This document shows positions 8,705-11,374 of a stretch of 11,374 bases of DNA, in pieces. The position numbers and the translations under genes are program-made. The notes beneath the pieces are model-generated. The model saw only the letters and a program-made list of their open reading frames with translations, made no database searches and was not told where the DNA came from. Position 1 is the first letter of the stretch; the number at the start of each line of letters is the position of its first letter. Source of the DNA: Candidatus Hermodarchaeota archaeon (lineage in GTDB: Archaea; Asgardarchaeota; Lokiarchaeia; Sigyniarchaeales; SOKP01); the NCBI GenBank assembly GCA_048885925.1, contig JBHLLG010000093.1, forward strand, positions 1 to 11,374, in the 5' to 3' direction.

Positions 8705-8941
8705 TTATCTTTCTAATTGGAAGTTAACTTGAACTCTGACGCGATAAATGAGTTTTTATTGAATTAATCTGAGTTAGATAAATTTATCAATATCTTCTTT
8801 AACTTTCACGTCAGATTCAATAATCTGAATGTTTCGAATACCACGTAAGCTTTTCTTTGCTTCATCATAACAATTTCTTACAGCTTCTGCCCAATTCTTA
8901 TCAGATGTACCTACTAATTGAATACTTTTGTAAACTGGCAT
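8705..8941 (-). CDS. Dodecin-family protein (calcium-dodecin-like), split into exon 1 (8941-8786) and exon 2 (8755-8705) by a 30-nt putative BHB intron
   Basis: Joined product is 68 aa: MPVYKSIQLVGTSDKNWAEAVRNCYDEAKKSLRGIRNIQIIESDVKVKEDID|KLIYRVRVQVNFQLER*, with dodecin hallmarks VYK.I.LVGTS...W..A, A.KSLRGI and YRV...V.F. Unspliced, it reads ...DIDKFI*LRLIQ*KLIY... SD-like AGTGA lies upstream. Confidence 0.88.
8756..8785 (-). other. Putative 30-nt bulge-helix-bulge intron in dodecin mRNA
   Basis: Insert AAATTTATCTAACTCAGATTAATTCAATAA. Central 4-bp helix ATTG/CAAT, 3-nt bulges AT^A and AA^A, inner 9-position stem (8 pairs plus one U-U) with a 5-nt loop. Cutting after the second nt of each bulge removes exactly 30 nt and both stops. 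Confidence 0.75.
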
Positions 8942-8990
8942 TTTGGTTTCACTTTTATTTTAATTTTTTTGTAAGTTAATTTGTTATTCG

Positions 8991-9002
8991 TTAATATTTA
9001 AA
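8991..9002 (-). promoter_or_regulatory. Putative archaeal TATA box (with purine-rich BRE-like AGAAA upstream) for the dodecin gene
   Basis: Minus strand reads AGAAATG-TTTAAATATTAA about 50 nt upstream of ATG 8941. Confidence 0.45.
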
Positions 9003-9125
9003 CATTTCTAAGATAAATGATAATATACTTTTCCTCATAAGGACTAAAAGGTTGCTCATCAAATTTAAATTAAACAAAAATTTAAGAAAATAAAAAAAAT
9101 AAAAGATAAAGATCTCAAAAATTAA

Positions 9126-10433
9126 TTATACATGAATGTTTTCCAGTAAAACAGCTATTCCTTGGCCTCCTCCTATACACGCATTAGCAATACCATACTT
9201 ACCGCCTTTATCCTTTAAAATTCTTGCTAAAGTTCCAGTAAGTCTTACCATTGTAGATCCTAAAGGATGGCCGATAGCAGTTGAGCCGCCCATTACATTT
9301 ACTTTCTCTTCGGGAATTTTTAATGCTTTCATACAGTTTAAGGTAACTATACAAAATGCTTCATTTATTTCCCAATAATCTATATCCTCAGCACTTAATC
9401 CCGCTAGTTTTAAAGCCATTTGGGATGCTGGTACAGGTCCTCGTCCCATAACAGAAGGATCAACACCAGCTACACCAAGTGATACAATTCTTGCCATTGG
9501 TTTGAGACTACGCTTTTCTGCCTCCTTGGCTTCCATTAGTAATGCAGCAGTAGCACCAGCATTTAAAGGTGAAGAATTTCCTGGAGTAATTACACCATCT
9601 TTTGTTCCTTCTCTTTGTTCATAACCTTGTCTACCACCAAGATCTTCTCCATATGCGTTTTGCTTTAAATAGAACGGTCTTGAAATTCTGGGTAATTTAG
9701 CTACTTGTTCTAAATTGGATTTTCTTGGTGCTTGATCTGCAACTATTAACATTTTTTCTTCAGTGTTACCCTCATTATGACCTTCGATAGGAATAATTTC
9801 TCCTTTGAACCACCCATTTTCGGTATTTTCTACAGCTAAATTATGACTCCTTACTCCAAATTTATCCATATCTTCTTTAGTAATATAGGGACTTTCCTCC
9901 TCATATAGTTTCTGCGCAGTTTGAAGCATATTGATAGTTGTCATAAAATCATATTGTGGTCTATACCATTTTGATTTCTTATTTATCAGATCTAAATTGG
10001 GTCGAATCCAATCATTCTGCATCGGAATACGGGTCATATGCTCAACACCACATGCTAATGCATAGTTTGTCATGCCAGTCATAATTTCCATTGCTAAAAA
10101 TTGGAGTCCTGCTCCTGCAGAACCACATTGTTTATCAACAAAGAATGTTGACGTTTCTGCAGGAAATCCTGCCATAAATGTAGGAAGTTTACCCCCATAG
10201 GTCCAACATTCAAATACTCCCATAGCGGTACCAGTAGATATTTCTTGGATATCTTTTTTTTCAATTCCTTTATCTGCCAATTTTTCGTCAAAAAATTTCA
10301 TTAATAATTGAGCTAATAATTCATCGCCTCTCTGATCTCCAAAAACATCTCTCTCTGGCTGTTTAGGTCTGGAACGGGAAAAAGCTGTTCTGGCATAATC
10401 AATTAACCATACTTCTTTTAATTCTTTTGCCAT
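9126..10433 (-). CDS. Acetyl-CoA C-acyltransferase (thiolase)
   Basis: Catalytic Cys in DKQCGS, GVEHM, TPGNSSPLNAGA, MGRGPVPA, EINEAF, GHPLG, CIGGGQG. Confidence 0.96.
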   Translation of the reverse strand: MAKELKEVWLIDYARTAFSRSRPKQPERDVFGDQRGDELLAQLLMKFFDEKLADKGIEKKDIQEISTGTAMGVFECWTYGGKLPTFMAGFPAETSTFFVDKQCGSAGAGLQFLAMEIMTGMTNYALACGVEHMTRIPMQNDWIRPNLDLINKKSKWYRPQYDFMTTINMLQTAQKLYEEESPYITKEDMDKFGVRSHNLAVENTENGWFKGEIIPIEGHNEGNTEEKMLIVADQAPRKSNLEQVAKLPRISRPFYLKQNAYGEDLGGRQGYEQREGTKDGVITPGNSSPLNAGATAALLMEAKEAEKRSLKPMARIVSLGVAGVDPSVMGRGPVPASQMALKLAGLSAEDIDYWEINEAFCIVTLNCMKALKIPEEKVNVMGGSTAIGHPLGSTMVRLTGTLARILKDKGGKYGIANACIGGGQGIAVLLENIHV

Positions 10434-10630
10434 TTTTCAATATCCCTTTTAAAATTCGTTTTTAACTCAAAATTCTTTTTAACAAATGAAAAAATTTAAT
10501 AGAGATATTAAAGTTTTTGATAAGGCATCTGATAGAAAAAAGAAAACAAATTAATAATTTTAGAAATATATTACATCGTTGTTAAGAAATTATTAGAATT
10601 ATTTTTATTTTTGCTAGTTTTAGATAGAAT

Positions 10631-11053
10631 ATGTCTAAAAAACCTATTAACATTGATGAAAAGATATTAGTCTCAATTATTGCTGGTAGTATTTCCGATA
10701 AAGAGATCTATGAAAAAGCTGAAAAAGTTTTAAAAGATAATAATATAAAATATGATCTTCAAATTATTTCTGCTCATAGAAATTCAGAGCAATTAGATAA
10801 ATATGTCAAGGATTCTGAGTCACTAATTTATATTGCTGTCGCTGGTCTTTCTGCTGCTTTACCTGGGGTAATCGCATCAAAAACAAATAAACCAGTTATT
10901 GGAGTGCCTGTAAGTGCAAAATTGGGAGGTTTAGATGCATTACTATCAATTGTACAAATGCCTCCAGGAGTTCCTGTTGCTAGTGTTGGAATAGATAGAG
11001 GCGAAAATGCAGCGTATTTAGCAATTAGAATTTTAAATTTACTTAAAAAATGA
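10631..11053 (+). CDS. purE: N5-CAIR mutase / AIR carboxylase catalytic subunit
   Basis: [57 protein letters not shown]. Confidence 0.97.
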   Translation: MSKKPINIDEKILVSIIAGSISDKEIYEKAEKVLKDNNIKYDLQIISAHRNSEQLDKYVKDSESLIYIAVAGLSAALPGVIASKTNKPVIGVPVSAKLGGLDALLSIVQMPPGVPVASVGIDRGENAAYLAIRILNLLKK

Positions 11054-11069
11054 ATTAGGTGTAATTATA

Positions 11070-11374
11070 TTGTCTGAAGATTTAATCGAACAGGGTAAGA
11101 GAAATGCTGCGATAAAAGCAGTAGAAGAAAATGTTAAAAGGAATATGATTATTGGAATTGGGAGTGGATCAACAATAGTATATGCTGTTCAAAGATTAGG
11201 TGAAATTGACAAGGCAAAATCTTTAAACGTAAAATGCATACCCAGTTCATTTCAAGCTTATCAATTAATTATTGAAAATGGGTTAAATCTAGCTACGTTG
11301 GAACAATATCCTGAAATTGATGTTGATTTAGATGGTGCAGATGAAATTGATAAAGATCTCAATTTAATTAAAGG
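11070..11374 (+). CDS. rpiA: Ribose-5-phosphate isomerase A (5' part, runs off window)
   Basis: TTG start after SD AGGTG (11057-11061): MSEDLIEQGKRNAAIKAVEENVKRNMIIGIGSGSTIVY...IPSSFQ...IDVDLDGADEIDKDLNLIK, with GIGSGST and DGADE signatures. Confidence 0.95.
   Translation, partial: MSEDLIEQGKRNAAIKAVEENVKRNMIIGIGSGSTIVYAVQRLGEIDKAKSLNVKCIPSSFQAYQLIIENGLNLATLEQYPEIDVDLDGADEIDKDLNLIK

Noticed and set aside
8756-8776. Stop-codon readthrough (Sec/Pyl or alternative code) as the explanation for the dodecin stops
   Set aside because: Both stops are TAA, which terminates many other genes in this window. Readthrough would also leave 10 extra residues in a tightly sized fold.
8757-8784. Alternative BHB register (TTGA/TCAA helix, TAA bulges) giving a 28-nt intron
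   Set aside because: It lacks the closing exon pair (A opposite A) and would frameshift exon 2 to KNSFIASEFKLTSN*. The 30-nt register has the closing pair and restores the protein.
9136-9378. 80-aa plus-strand ORF
   Set aside because: Antisense shadow of the thiolase.
9600-9680. Thiolase loop insertion (YLKQNAYGEDLGGRQGYEQREG) as a possible intron or intein
   Set aside because: Open reading frame, normal coding composition, no BHB fold seen and no intein motifs; probably a loop variant.
10094-10291. 65-aa minus-strand ORF
   Set aside because: Out-of-frame ORF nested in the thiolase with no recognisable features.
1-11374. CRISPR arrays, tRNA/rRNA genes, transposases or integrases
   Set aside because: No repeat-spacer periodicity, no GC-rich structured RNA segment and no mobile-element protein motifs seen by eye.

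Overview
Very AT-rich archaeal window. Gene content and style suggest Lokiarchaeia/Asgard archaea (inference, not provable from the sequence alone). It is mostly housekeeping and metabolic genes: a truncated probable MoxR partner gene, MoxR-type AAA+ ATPase, HAD phosphatase, small Cys4 protein, gatC, a 332-aa hypothetical, ADP-forming acyl-CoA synthetase alpha subunit, small winged-helix protein, dUTPase, GNAT, TPR protein, thiolase, purE and the 5' part of rpiA. The apparent gap at 8392-9125 hides two genes missing from the ORF track: a 43-aa single-pass membrane microprotein and a dodecin-family gene. The main finding is that the dodecin gene (8941->8705, minus strand) is interrupted by a 30-nt insert (8785->8756) with two in-frame TAA stops. 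The insert folds into a bulge-helix-bulge (BHB) motif, and its predicted endonuclease cut sites restore an intact 68-aa dodecin exactly. This is a candidate tRNA-type (EndA/RtcB-spliced) intron in a protein-coding mRNA.
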